Virus record (IMG/VR): IMGVR_UViG_3300025118_000103
Location: 1-28,573 of that record
Direction: 5' to 3' (one strand)
DNA length: 28,573 nucleotides
Source: a virus
Lineage: Duplodnaviria; Caudoviricetes
Of the stretch, positions 1 to 7,876 are shown one piece after another. Position numbers and translations under genes: made by a program. Each line of letters starts with the position of its first letter. The stretch's first letter is position 1. The notes beneath the pieces were generated by a model, which ran no database searches, had not been told where the DNA came from, and saw only the letters and a list, made by a program, of their open reading frames with translations.

Positions 1-43
1 CTTACTTAGTAAAGAGGTTACAACTCCTTTACAATTCCTACCC

Positions 44-120
44 AGTCACGTATTCACTAGTATAATAGTATAGTAGGTAGATTAACTACCTACATTGTGT
101 TTAACTAAAAAGGAAAATCT
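44..120 (+). promoter_or_regulatory. Promoter, 5' hairpin and RBS leader cassette (copy 1)
   Basis: AGTCACGTA..CTAGTATAAT (44-66) is shared with the 863-945 copy; stem GTAGGTAG 73-80 / CTACCTAC 86-93; TGTTTAA 98-104; AAGGA RBS. The -35 position is degenerate here. Confidence 0.7.
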
Positions 121-606
121 ATGAACAAAGAAAGAAAGTTCAAAGACGGCTGGGAAATAATACCCCAAGTTGATGTCATTATAAATATACTGGACACTAT
201 CTCATCAGAAGGTAAGGAACAAGACAGAGTGCACGATATCATGCAAGATTTACTTGGGGACTGTCATACAGAACTCAGTTATTACTTTAGTGAAAGTCAC
301 GGTTTTGGTGACGGTAGTGACTCCGAGAAAGTGCGCGAAGAACTCCCTGATAAATGGCATACTGTGTACAGTTCTGTATACCTCAATGACCTACCAGATA
401 GTGGTTATAATATTATTGATGTAGGTTATGGCGAGGTGTACGCTGGTGAGTCGTTTGATCAACGGGACGTATTCATATGTTTATCAATGAACGGTTGCTC
501 TTTAGCTAGTGCCCTTAGTGAATACTATAAGTTTACTGTCCCAGTATTCAACAGGTATTCATTATTTGGTATAAAGAAAATGGTAAACGCTATGAATAAT
601 CAATAA
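121..606 (+). CDS. Hypothetical acidic protein (161 aa)
   Basis: ORF with RBS directly downstream of the promoter cassette; no motif recognised. Confidence 0.8.
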   Translation: MNKERKFKDGWEIIPQVDVIINILDTISSEGKEQDRVHDIMQDLLGDCHTELSYYFSESHGFGDGSDSEKVREELPDKWHTVYSSVYLNDLPDSGYNIIDVGYGEVYAGESFDQRDVFICLSMNGCSLASALSEYYKFTVPVFNRYSLFGIKKMVNAMNNQ

Positions 607-621
607 AATGGAGGAATGCTT

Positions 622-858
622 ATGGAAAATTGGGTAAACCTAAAAAACGGTGGGGAAATATACGAAGGAGCAGACGCTTCTGACTTCCCCGAAGCACCGT
701 TAGGTAATGAGATTGGTGAATATGAAAATGATAATGTATTTATAATTATTCACGCTAGTGAAGATGATAATTATACTTATATCACTCATCGATTCCCTGG
801 AGGTGCTGGTGACACAGGCATAGTCATGCGGTTTAAGAAATATACAAGTGCTACCTAA
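622..858 (+). CDS. Hypothetical protein (start 622 or 616)
   Basis: GGAGG RBS spacing favours the ATG at 622. Confidence 0.75.
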   Translation: MENWVNLKNGGEIYEGADASDFPEAPLGNEIGEYENDNVFIIIHASEDDNYTYITHRFPGGAGDTGIVMRFKKYTSAT

Positions 859-862
859 AGGC

Positions 863-942
863 TTTAGAGTCACGTAGTCGCTAGTATAATAGTAGTATAG
901 GTTGAATAACCTATACAGTGTTTAATAAAAAGGAGAATGCTT
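863..942 (+). promoter_or_regulatory. Promoter, 5' hairpin and RBS leader cassette (copy 2)
   Basis: TTTAGA 863-868, 16 nt, TATAAT 885-890; stem GTATAGGTT 895-903 / AACCTATAC 908-916; TGTTTAA 919-925; AGGAG. Confidence 0.8.
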
Positions 943-1116
943 ATGCAAAAACAACGTGTAAAAGGTAAGCCTATTTCATTAATAGCCCAAGATATTATTC
1001 ACGATGTGGATAATATCAGGGAAATAATGGAAAGCGAAACAGGAATGAGTGTTAGTAAAGCAAACGTCATACGAGCGTGTATTAAAGCGTGGTATGATAT
1101 TAACAATAATGGTTAA
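943..1116 (+). CDS. Putative ribbon-helix-helix DNA-binding protein (57 aa; absent from the ORF track)
   Basis: MQKQRVKGKPISLIAQDIIHDVDNIREIMESETGMSVSKANVIRACIKAWYDINNNG; strand-helix-(GxxxSxAxVIR)-helix pattern; AGGAG RBS. Confidence 0.65.
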   Translation: MQKQRVKGKPISLIAQDIIHDVDNIREIMESETGMSVSKANVIRACIKAWYDINNNG

Positions 1117-1130
1117 AATGGAGAATACTT

Positions 1131-1394
1131 ATGACTAAGATCATATACGCCAAATATCCTGGCAAATGTAAAGTGTGCGGTAATAAAACCGAACGCAATG
1201 AGGAGGTGTCTTGGGCACCTGGAGAGGGAGTGAAACATTTAAAATGTGACTTTACCCTAACACCACCGTCAAGTGACGATGCTGAGTTTATGAAAGGTGT
1301 CAATGACGTGCGACAATACCACGAAGAAAGAGACCTACTTGGCAGGGAGATGGCTGAAATGTTAGCTATGCAAAGAGAGTACGATGAGTGCTAA
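1131..1394 (+). CDS. Small putative Zn-binding phage protein
   Basis: AKYPGKCKVCG...W...G.KHLKC (CxxC...HxxC); GGAG RBS. Confidence 0.75.
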   Translation: MTKIIYAKYPGKCKVCGNKTERNEEVSWAPGEGVKHLKCDFTLTPPSSDDAEFMKGVNDVRQYHEERDLLGREMAEMLAMQREYDEC

Positions 1395-1551
1395 TAACGT
1401 AATACCATACTGTAACTACTGTGGAGCAACTGGTCCATGGGAGGGTTATATAAGTGCTATAAACCATGAAGAAGGTAGTGGGGAGATAATCCCCACCAAC
1501 TGTGGCACCTGCCACAAACCCTTTTCAATATCATATAAACAAGAGGAGTAA
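1384..1551 (+). CDS. Zinc-ribbon protein (55 aa; absent from the ORF track)
   Basis: MSANNVIPYCNYCG...TNCGTCHKPF; two CxxC motifs; fills the gap and overlaps the upstream stop. Confidence 0.7.
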   Translation: MSANNVIPYCNYCGATGPWEGYISAINHEEGSGEIIPTNCGTCHKPFSISYKQEE

Positions 1552-1563
1552 CTAACAACTCGC

Positions 1564-1591
1564 TTTAGAGTCAACTAATGGCTAGTATAAT
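1564..1591 (+). promoter_or_regulatory. Sigma70-like promoter
   Basis: TTTAGA-16 nt-TATAAT; GCTTTAGAGTCA and GCTAGTATAAT are shared with the 863 copy. Confidence 0.75.
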
Positions 1592-1624
1592 AAATGTAAG
1601 CTAATAAAATAATAAGGAGTAACA

Positions 1625-1822
1625 ATGAACAGTAAAAAAGCTAAACTGTTGAGGAAATCCCTCAAAGAAGGCGGAGTAGACTGGCGTGACTCTCAACCAG
1701 TCCAAAGGGAAAAAACACTTCCCGACGGCACTACCGAGCGTCACCCCACCATATTCCAAAACCCAAAAGGCGGTAGGTTTGCCTATCGAGCACTTAAGAA
1801 AACAGTAGGAAACAAGAAATGA
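1625..1822 (+). CDS. Small basic hypothetical protein
   Basis: AAGGAG RBS; ATGA-type overlap with the next ORF. Confidence 0.75.
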   Translation: MNSKKAKLLRKSLKEGGVDWRDSQPVQREKTLPDGTTERHPTIFQNPKGGRFAYRALKKTVGNKK

Positions 1823-2022
1823 AACCAGAACTTTACGATACACACTTTTTCAAGGCGATTGATGTATATGGTGAGATCCCAGGATACCTGCAAGAAGCCA
1901 GATATGCCTGGAAACACTTACACACAGATGATGACGTAACCCTGCACAGATATAAGAATTACCTTATCATGTCACACAGTGACGGTGATGATCTTGTAAT
2001 TAAACTACCAACGGAGGAATAA
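1819..2022 (+). CDS. Hypothetical protein
   Basis: Translationally coupled ORF in the + strand run. Confidence 0.7.
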   Translation: MKPELYDTHFFKAIDVYGEIPGYLQEARYAWKHLHTDDDVTLHRYKNYLIMSHSDGDDLVIKLPTEE

Positions 2023-2024
2023 AC

Positions 2025-2333
2025 ATGACCAATTACTATCGACCACCTGCTTTTACCGAAGAGCAGGGTAGAGAAAGACTAGTACCTATACCACCTAGAA
2101 AATGTGATACACATAATCCTACGTGGTGGATGTCTTTAGAAACTGGAGGTCTCTATAAATTTCACCACGGCACAGGGTGTTGGAGCAGAGGCTTTTACGG
2201 AGGACGTGACGCAAGTGCTCCAAAATATGCTCTGCGAGCACACAAGACATTCATGGAAATGACTGTGTGGAAAGACGGTAGGAGAACTTTAAAGTCCCGA
2301 GAAGCTTGGAGGAAGATGTTTATAGATGCGTAG
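2025..2333 (+). CDS. Hypothetical protein
   Basis: GGAGG RBS; coupled run. Confidence 0.7.
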   Translation: MTNYYRPPAFTEEQGRERLVPIPPRKCDTHNPTWWMSLETGGLYKFHHGTGCWSRGFYGGRDASAPKYALRAHKTFMEMTVWKDGRRTLKSREAWRKMFIDA

Positions 2334-2673
2334 AGGTAGACACACCAAGAACACAGTGTATAGGTTTTCCCTAGCACACGGACACGATGATTATGTCTTT
2401 GGGGCAGGAACGTTAGAGGAAGGAGCAAAGTTAATTAGAAAGATTGACTTAGAGTTCGAAAGGAAATTTGATACTGAACCAGATAGCTTCTTTACTCTAC
2501 CCTTCCCTTTTCACAAAGTCCCTATATACGTTATGGAAGGGGCTGATATTACTGCCTGGAATGAAGAACAAGAAGAACTTTTATTCTTTGGGTTTTACTA
2601 CGACAAAGAAGCAGAAGAGTATATCCCCATGGATGAGGATGAAAAAGACTACACAGAAAAGTATTGGTCTTAA
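2326..2673 (+). CDS. Hypothetical protein with acidic C-terminus
   Basis: 8-nt overlap with the upstream ORF; last gene of the + strand block. Confidence 0.7.
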   Translation: MRRGRHTKNTVYRFSLAHGHDDYVFGAGTLEEGAKLIRKIDLEFERKFDTEPDSFFTLPFPFHKVPIYVMEGADITAWNEEQEELLFFGFYYDKEAEEYIPMDEDEKDYTEKYWS

Positions 2674-3269
2674 AGACCTGACCTGAAAGTTAGGTTAATC
2701 CTTTCCCCCGAGTTAAGCACAGGTGGCACTGCATGAGTGCTAGTCATTTGAGAATGACCGTCAAAAAGTATTGCCTGCCCGTGTCCTATTATGTATCTCT
2801 CCTTAGTTAGATAACTGCCCGATGGCCAGATGATATTAATTTTACTGGTGTTGGTTTTCTTTTTAATAAAGTAATGGTATTGGTTCCATTCAAATACCCT
2901 AGCAGCCCCCAGCGATATAGAAAACACTACGTCATCTCGCGTGGGTATGGTGTCTGAGTGATGAGGAATACTATCCTCGCCTGTTTTGTACAACCCACAC
3001 AAACAAAAAGTAAATTCTATGTTCCTTCCTAGTTCCTCGCTTGCGTGGTGTTCCGCCACTTTCTTAAACCAAGCTACGTCTTCGTTACTTTCCCATGGAC
3101 TAGGGTGCATCTTCTTACCTGCATACCTAAACGAGTGGTCACCGTAACCTCTTGTTTCTCTTCCTTTAACTTCTACTCCGTTGTAGACTCTATTCTGGGG
3201 TTTATGCCAGTAATCAAAAGCTGGTAGCCCAACCGTACAACCATCAAGAGAATCTATAAACTCACGCAT
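2670..3269 (-). CDS. AlkB-family (ALKBH2/3-like) 2OG-Fe(II) dioxygenase
   Basis: YKTGEDSIPHHSD (HxD), SISLGAARVF, THAVP, ERINLTFR. Start reassigned to ATG 3269, giving an 8-nt overlap with the dut stop. Confidence 0.9.
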   Translation of the reverse strand: MREFIDSLDGCTVGLPAFDYWHKPQNRVYNGVEVKGRETRGYGDHSFRYAGKKMHPSPWESNEDVAWFKKVAEHHASEELGRNIEFTFCLCGLYKTGEDSIPHHSDTIPTRDDVVFSISLGAARVFEWNQYHYFIKKKTNTSKINIIWPSGSYLTKERYIIGHGQAILFDGHSQMTSTHAVPPVLNSGERINLTFRSGL

Positions 3270-3708
3270 CCCCAGTACTCCCAAATCCACCACCACCACG
3301 TTCAGTGGTGTAACTAAACTCATTAACCACCGAGAAGCTTACGTGTTCTATAGGGACAAACACCAGCTGTGCTATGCGGTCTCCGTTTTGAACTAAATAC
3401 TCCTTGTTACTGTGGTTCTTAAGATGCACTACTAACTCACCTTGATAATCTGAGTCAATAATACCAACCACGTTAGCAGGCAGTATTCCCTTAACTCCCA
3501 GCCCAGATCTAGGGATGATCATCGCGCATAGGGTATGGTCACCTATATGTATCTTATACCCCATAGGAAACCGTACTGTTTCTCCAGGATGAATCATAGC
3601 ATTATCGCAAGACCGTAAGTCCAGCCCAGCTGAACCAACGGTTGCGTAATCAGGTATATTCCTAGCCTCAGCACGAGGGTCTATGAATATAACTTCAACT
3701 TTTTTCAT
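3262..3708 (-). CDS. dut: Trimeric dUTP diphosphatase
   Basis: All five motifs: GSAGLDL, PRSGLG, GIIDSDYQGE, GDRIAQL, RGGGGFGSTG. Confidence 0.97.
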   Translation of the reverse strand: MKKVEVIFIDPRAEARNIPDYATVGSAGLDLRSCDNAMIHPGETVRFPMGYKIHIGDHTLCAMIIPRSGLGVKGILPANVVGIIDSDYQGELVVHLKNHSNKEYLVQNGDRIAQLVFVPIEHVSFSVVNEFSYTTERGGGGFGSTGDA

Positions 3709-4105
3709 TTGCTTTCTTTTCTAACCAAAACTCTTCGTGTAATGGTTTAAAGTAAGTGTGGTAGCATTGATTCTGCCTATAACCTTCAAATGCATCATAA
3801 CTTTTAGACTTAGATACAAACCACCCACCGTCCCTCCATAAATAGATATACTCTATAAACACAGGGTCTACGTGCCATGACATATAGTTGTCTAAACTAA
3901 CATAAGTCTCAGGTTCTTCTGGGCTACTTTTATCACCCAATGACCTCATGTTTCCTATGTCTATTAACTCGTCAGCCTTTTCACGTGTGTCATACTCTGT
4001 CAATAACTTGACACCAACTGATTCTAGGTATCCGTCATAATGACAGTAAGCAACCTTCACGCAACCGTCTTCTTGCTCTATTGCAATATTACTTCTAGTT
4101 CCCAT
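3695..4105 (-). CDS. Conserved phage hypothetical protein
   Basis: MGTRSNIAI..YCHYDGYLESVG..L and EYIYLW, a pattern I recognise from phage hypotheticals; function unknown. Confidence 0.8.
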   Translation of the reverse strand: MGTRSNIAIEQEDGCVKVAYCHYDGYLESVGVKLLTEYDTREKADELIDIGNMRSLGDKSSPEEPETYVSLDNYMSWHVDPVFIEYIYLWRDGGWFVSKSKSYDAFEGYRQNQCYHTYFKPLHEEFWLEKKANEKS

Positions 4106-4298
4106 CTTTTATCTCCACAGGTTCTACGTCTACAACTTTAATATTCCCAACACCATACAGTCTTGTGAACTCTTTAAACGCAATATTATTATAATCTACT
4201 TCCTTATCAACAGGAAACGGTGCATCAAACTCGATAGTTATCTGGCACTCTGGGTGTTTCTTCTCTAGAAAAGTAGCACGAAACTTTCTTTTTTCCAT
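4095..4298 (-). CDS. Hypothetical protein
   Basis: GGAGG RBS; TAATG coupling. Confidence 0.75.
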   Translation of the reverse strand: MEKRKFRATFLEKKHPECQITIEFDAPFPVDKEVDYNNIAFKEFTRLYGVGNIKVVDVEPVEIKDGN

Positions 4299-4669
4299 TA
4301 GTCCTCCACTCTTCCATTAACCACACGATATGCTCTTTTTAAGAACTGTAGCTTGGTTAGTGTGGTAGCATTAGTCATTAAACCGATATGGTCTTTAACC
4401 TCTTGCGCACTAATTGGAACGGTGTACCCCCCATTTTCATCTCTGCGTAAAAGACTGCGGTCACTCCCCAATAGTTTCATACGAGTATAAAAGTCTTTCC
4501 AGTTTTTCTCGGTAATAGAACTCATGCCTATTGACATAGTTGTCCAGATTAAACTGTTTAACACTTCTGTCATTTGCCCCATTGGATTTCCTTCGTCGTC
4601 AAAGGTTCCGTCTGGTTCCCAAGTTTTAGTGCTTTCTTTTACTTTGCTGTAATCATAATTTAACGGCAT
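4298..4669 (-). CDS. Hypothetical phage protein
   Basis: GGAG RBS; coupled run. Confidence 0.8.
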   Translation of the reverse strand: MPLNYDYSKVKESTKTWEPDGTFDDEGNPMGQMTEVLNSLIWTTMSIGMSSITEKNWKDFYTRMKLLGSDRSLLRRDENGGYTVPISAQEVKDHIGLMTNATTLTKLQFLKRAYRVVNGRVED

Positions 4670-4670
4670 A

Positions 4671-4847
4671 TTATTTCTCCAATAAGATTTTTATTAAATC
4701 TGACTCTGCCTGTTCTATAGCTATGTAGAGTTTGTCTACATTTTCTTTAGCATACAAGCGGTCAGAATCTGCATGATCCGACCATGCCCTGATAGTTCCT
4801 AGACTACCAGCGACACGTCGAATTTCTTTTTTCTTATCTGGTTTCAT
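4671..4847 (-). CDS. Hypothetical protein (58 aa; absent from the ORF track)
   Basis: MKPDKKKEIRRVAGSLGTIRAWSDHADSDRLYAKENVDKLYIAIEQAESDLIKILLEK exactly fills the gap. Confidence 0.7.
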   Translation of the reverse strand: MKPDKKKEIRRVAGSLGTIRAWSDHADSDRLYAKENVDKLYIAIEQAESDLIKILLEK

Positions 4848-5064
4848 TCACTCTAAAAACCCTCTTGCCAGGAGTACGATTAGCGTACTGGTTAGCGAGA
4901 GTGATCAACTCTGGGAAGGACTCTGAAATAGTGCCGATTTGCTCGTCGTCTAAAGGACACAGAGCATCGTGACATTTTTCAATAGCGTATCTGATTTCCC
5001 AAGCATCAATAACCCCACAGTCTTCTATGTGGTCTTGCAATGGTACAATTAAATCTGTCGCCAT
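4834..5064 (-). CDS. Hypothetical protein
   Basis: Start reassigned to ATG 5064 (GGAG at 5074-5071). Confidence 0.75.
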   Translation of the reverse strand: MATDLIVPLQDHIEDCGVIDAWEIRYAIEKCHDALCPLDDEQIGTISESFPELITLANQYANRTPGKRVFRVNETR

Positions 5065-5142
5065 ATTATTCTCCAATTTTATTAAACATACATAGGGTTT
5101 ACCCCTATACTTATATGATACGCTAGATTAAACGACTCTAAA
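5065..5142 (-). promoter_or_regulatory. Promoter, 5' hairpin and RBS leader cassette
   Basis: Minus strand: TTTAGA (5142-5137), 16 nt, TATCAT (5120-5115); hairpin GTATAGGG/CCCTATGT; TGTTTAA (5088-5082); GGAG. Confidence 0.75.
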
Positions 5143-5170
5143 GCCATTTAACCTAATCCCTTTACAATTG

Positions 5171-5398
5171 TTACTTAAGATCAGGGTCTTGTACCACGTA
5201 ATTACGGTCGGGACCATAGAGCATTTCCTTAGCACCTGTCATTATTCGCCAAGTGTCCTCCGTAAAAGAGTTCTTTGGCAGATTCTCAAAGTGGGTAATT
5301 ACTTCGTCTAACTTATTCATCACCTCTTTTTTATGGACAAGTTCTGCTTCTAACTGTTTTATGTACTCTTGTGGATTCATTTCAGCCTCCGTTATCAT
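5171..5398 (-). CDS. Hypothetical coiled-coil protein
   Basis: AGGAG RBS. Confidence 0.75.
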   Translation of the reverse strand: MITEAEMNPQEYIKQLEAELVHKKEVMNKLDEVITHFENLPKNSFTEDTWRIMTGAKEMLYGPDRNYVVQDPDLK

Positions 5399-5408
5399 TA
5401 GTTTCTCC

Positions 5409-6335
5409 TTATTTTTGTGCTAATTTCTTTTTCTGAACAGTATCCAGTATCTCCGCTATGGGTTTTCCGCTCTTAGTTGTCATAGGTGTTATCTTTGCAA
5501 AACCTATAATTCCTGCTTCTTCTGCTCGATACATTAATTCTTTTTCACTAAACTGTAGTTTAGGTCTTTTGCCGTGTCTTCTTTCGTTTATTTCTGCTAG
5601 TTGCTTATCAAGATTACTGCTTTTTATAGAAGGTATCTTGGACAGACCTAGTTCTTTTCTGCGATTATTTCTTTGTTGTTTTACTGTAGAGTATTTTTGC
5701 CCACTGTATTTAGCCTTATGTCTTTTTTCATATCGTGTAGGTTTCATCTGTAACTCATACATCATTATTCTGTCTATTTCTACCGTGTCTTCATATATTG
5801 CACAAGCATAACCATTATTTTCTATATCTGTTGCACAATCTGTATAAAGTATTGCTTGTTCTAGTATTTCTGGGTCAACGTAGCATTCCCCCATAACAGC
5901 TGGTTCGTGGGGGTATCTGTCTTCTGTTAAATCTGTTAAAGGAAAAGGGTTTTTGGTGTATTTGTAGTTTTTGATATTAATTTTTTTGCATTCCTCTGAA
6001 CAAATAATATCTGTTCCTAAAGGCATAGGATTTTCACAAACAATACAAAACCTTATTTTTTCTTCTTTACTTAAATGTCGGTATCTGCGTTTGCGGACAA
6101 TACTTCTACAAGCCTCAGAACAATACTTACGTCTTGATGATGTGCTACTTTCATAAGTAAATTCTTTTTTACATTCACAACAAGTTGATTTGTGTTTTTC
6201 TTTGTATTTTTGACGAGTAGGATTACTCTTTACTACTTCCAGAACAGGAAGGAATTCTATAAATCTAATTAATCCTGTTGAAATCGTCTTCATATCGAAC
6301 GATATCCTCTTCTGAGAGGGGTTTTTCACCGTCAC
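5409..6335 (-). CDS. Cys-rich, basic putative Zn-finger protein (start uncertain, probably downstream of 6335)
   Basis: CCECKKEF..KYCSEAC and CIVCE..ICSEEC treble-clef-like repeats. Confidence 0.7.
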   Translation of the reverse strand: MTVKNPSQKRISFDMKTISTGLIRFIEFLPVLEVVKSNPTRQKYKEKHKSTCCECKKEFTYESSTSSRRKYCSEACRSIVRKRRYRHLSKEEKIRFCIVCENPMPLGTDIICSEECKKINIKNYKYTKNPFPLTDLTEDRYPHEPAVMGECYVDPEILEQAILYTDCATDIENNGYACAIYEDTVEIDRIMMYELQMKPTRYEKRHKAKYSGQKYSTVKQQRNNRRKELGLSKIPSIKSSNLDKQLAEINERRHGKRPKLQFSEKELMYRAEEAGIIGFAKITPMTTKSGKPIAEILDTVQKKKLAQK

Positions 6336-6633
6336 CCCACCAAATCTCTAAGACAACTAAGTCTTTGTTTTTATTCATGTTTCTAAGGCGATGTATGTAA
6401 CCTCTTGGTACTATAGCCCTTGATTTCTGGACAAGAACGAACGTAGATGTCTGGTTTAGGTCTTCACCTAATGTCATTAGTCCATCCCCTTCTAAAATTG
6501 TCCATTCTTCGCTTCGATGATTGTGTTTTTGCAAACTAAACCTTTCTCCAGGAAAAATTCTAAGTTCTTTCACAGTGTAATCTTCTGTTTCAAGAAAAAC
6601 TTGGTAACTTCCCCATGGTTTTTTAACTAACAT
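6265..6633 (-). CDS. Cupin, type II mannose-6-phosphate isomerase-like domain
   Basis: KPWGSY, PGERFSLQKHNHRSEEW, IHRLRN, LSEEDIVRYEDDFNR. Confidence 0.9.
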   Translation of the reverse strand: MLVKKPWGSYQVFLETEDYTVKELRIFPGERFSLQKHNHRSEEWTILEGDGLMTLGEDLNQTSTFVLVQKSRAIVPRGYIHRLRNMNKNKDLVVLEIWWGDGEKPLSEEDIVRYEDDFNRIN

Positions 6634-6634
6634 A

Positions 6635-6730
6635 TCAAAATAAGAATTTACTCATCCAATAACCCATGACTATGAATCCCATAACAACGTATAAGATCCA
6701 AAACAGCACAGATAATATAGCCTTTAACAT
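6635..6730 (-). CDS. 31-aa single-pass membrane peptide (absent from the ORF track)
   Basis: MLKAILSVLFWILYVVMGFIVMGYWMSKFLF; GAGGA RBS; fills the gap. Confidence 0.55.
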   Translation of the reverse strand: MLKAILSVLFWILYVVMGFIVMGYWMSKFLF

Positions 6731-6739
6731 CCTTGTTCC

Positions 6740-7090
6740 TCATTTTACACTAAATAGTGTTATTACATCCTCTGGTAGTTCAACTGTTCCGTGTCTACCA
6801 TCTAATTCTGTTACTTCTAAACTATCAAATAGTTCCTTTTTAAAATCTATACACAGTTTTCCCATAGGTGTTATGATAAAAGCACGAGCATGCGCCTCAC
6901 AGGGTACTCCCTGTTTATGTCTGTGTATCATATACATCTCTATTGGAAATAATACCGTGTCTTCTTTTTCCAAACCACAATACTCTTTAGTAACGTCGTC
7001 TGGGTCCATTTGTCTGTTGTACTCATTTTTCATGCTTTGCCATGCAGCAAGCTTGAGTTGTGGGTAACTTAAACATTTATATCCCTTCAT
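6740..7090 (-). CDS. Hypothetical protein
   Basis: AAGGAG RBS directly after the promoter. Confidence 0.8.
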   Translation of the reverse strand: MKGYKCLSYPQLKLAAWQSMKNEYNRQMDPDDVTKEYCGLEKEDTVLFPIEMYMIHRHKQGVPCEAHARAFIITPMGKLCIDFKKELFDSLEVTELDGRHGTVELPEDVITLFSVK

Positions 7091-7157
7091 TCAATACTCC
7101 TTTCATATAAGTTTTATACCTATATAAACATTATACCTTTGAAGGTAGGAGTGTAAA
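7091..7157 (-). promoter_or_regulatory. Promoter with 5' hairpin
   Basis: TTTACA (7157-7152), 16 nt, TATAAT (7135-7130); hairpin ATATAGGT/ACTTATAT. Confidence 0.8.
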
Positions 7158-7171
7158 GGGGTTTAAGGTGA

Positions 7172-7876
7172 TTAAATAGGAATTGCGGTTTTTAGCCAGA
7201 AGACTAACAAATAGCGGTCTCCTTCCTCTACTGCTAACCCACGATGCATGTGGGTAAAGCTAGGAAAAATCAAAGCATGACCGTTAGGCAAAGGCTCAAC
7301 CAACCCTCTGCCTAGAAACTCTGTCCCCCCGCCTTTATAGTCATTAGTGTTTAGGGGAACTACAACAGTTATGTCTGATGTTTGGTCGTGGTGCCATGCA
7401 CCCTGTTTTTTGTCTTTTATATTGTAGTTAGCTATTTGAATACTGTAGGCTGTTTCTATAAATCTTTGCCATAACACCATAAATATAGGGTTCATCACTG
7501 AGTAGACAACACTCATCATGGATAAAAATATATCGGGAGCAAACTCTTCTAAAACTATTTCTGGGATTTGTCTTAGTTCGTCTTCTTCAGGGTTAGGTTC
7601 AAAACTAAAGTAGAGTTTCATGTTCTCTACTTCATCTAAAAGCATTTCACAAAACTCAGGTGTGAATAAAGGTATTGTGTACGTTTCCTGAAGAGGTTCT
7701 TCTATTATGTTTTTCAAGGGATTTTTTACGAATGCTTCACCCTCATCCATTCCGTTGGATTTACCAAAAGCTAGTATGTCAGGAAGAACTTCCTTTGTCA
7801 GTTTTGCCGTTTCCTCGTTTATCATCCACTCTGACCTTACTGCCAGAGGAAAGTTTTTTACCAGATAATTGTTCAT
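7172..7876 (-). CDS. 2OG-Fe(II) oxygenase, prolyl-4-hydroxylase/PLOD C-terminal-like
   Basis: WHHDQTSDITVVVPLN..DYKGGGTEF..GHALIFPS.THMHRGLAVEEGDRYLLVFW; start at ATG 7876 (GGAG RBS). Confidence 0.9.
   Translation of the reverse strand: MNNYLVKNFPLAVRSEWMINEETAKLTKEVLPDILAFGKSNGMDEGEAFVKNPLKNIIEEPLQETYTIPLFTPEFCEMLLDEVENMKLYFSFEPNPEEDELRQIPEIVLEEFAPDIFLSMMSVVYSVMNPIFMVLWQRFIETAYSIQIANYNIKDKKQGAWHHDQTSDITVVVPLNTNDYKGGGTEFLGRGLVEPLPNGHALIFPSFTHMHRGLAVEEGDRYLLVFWLKTAIPI

Noticed and set aside
5409-6335. HNH homing endonuclease
   Set aside because: Zn-finger repeats are present but I find no HNH or GIY-YIG catalytic motif
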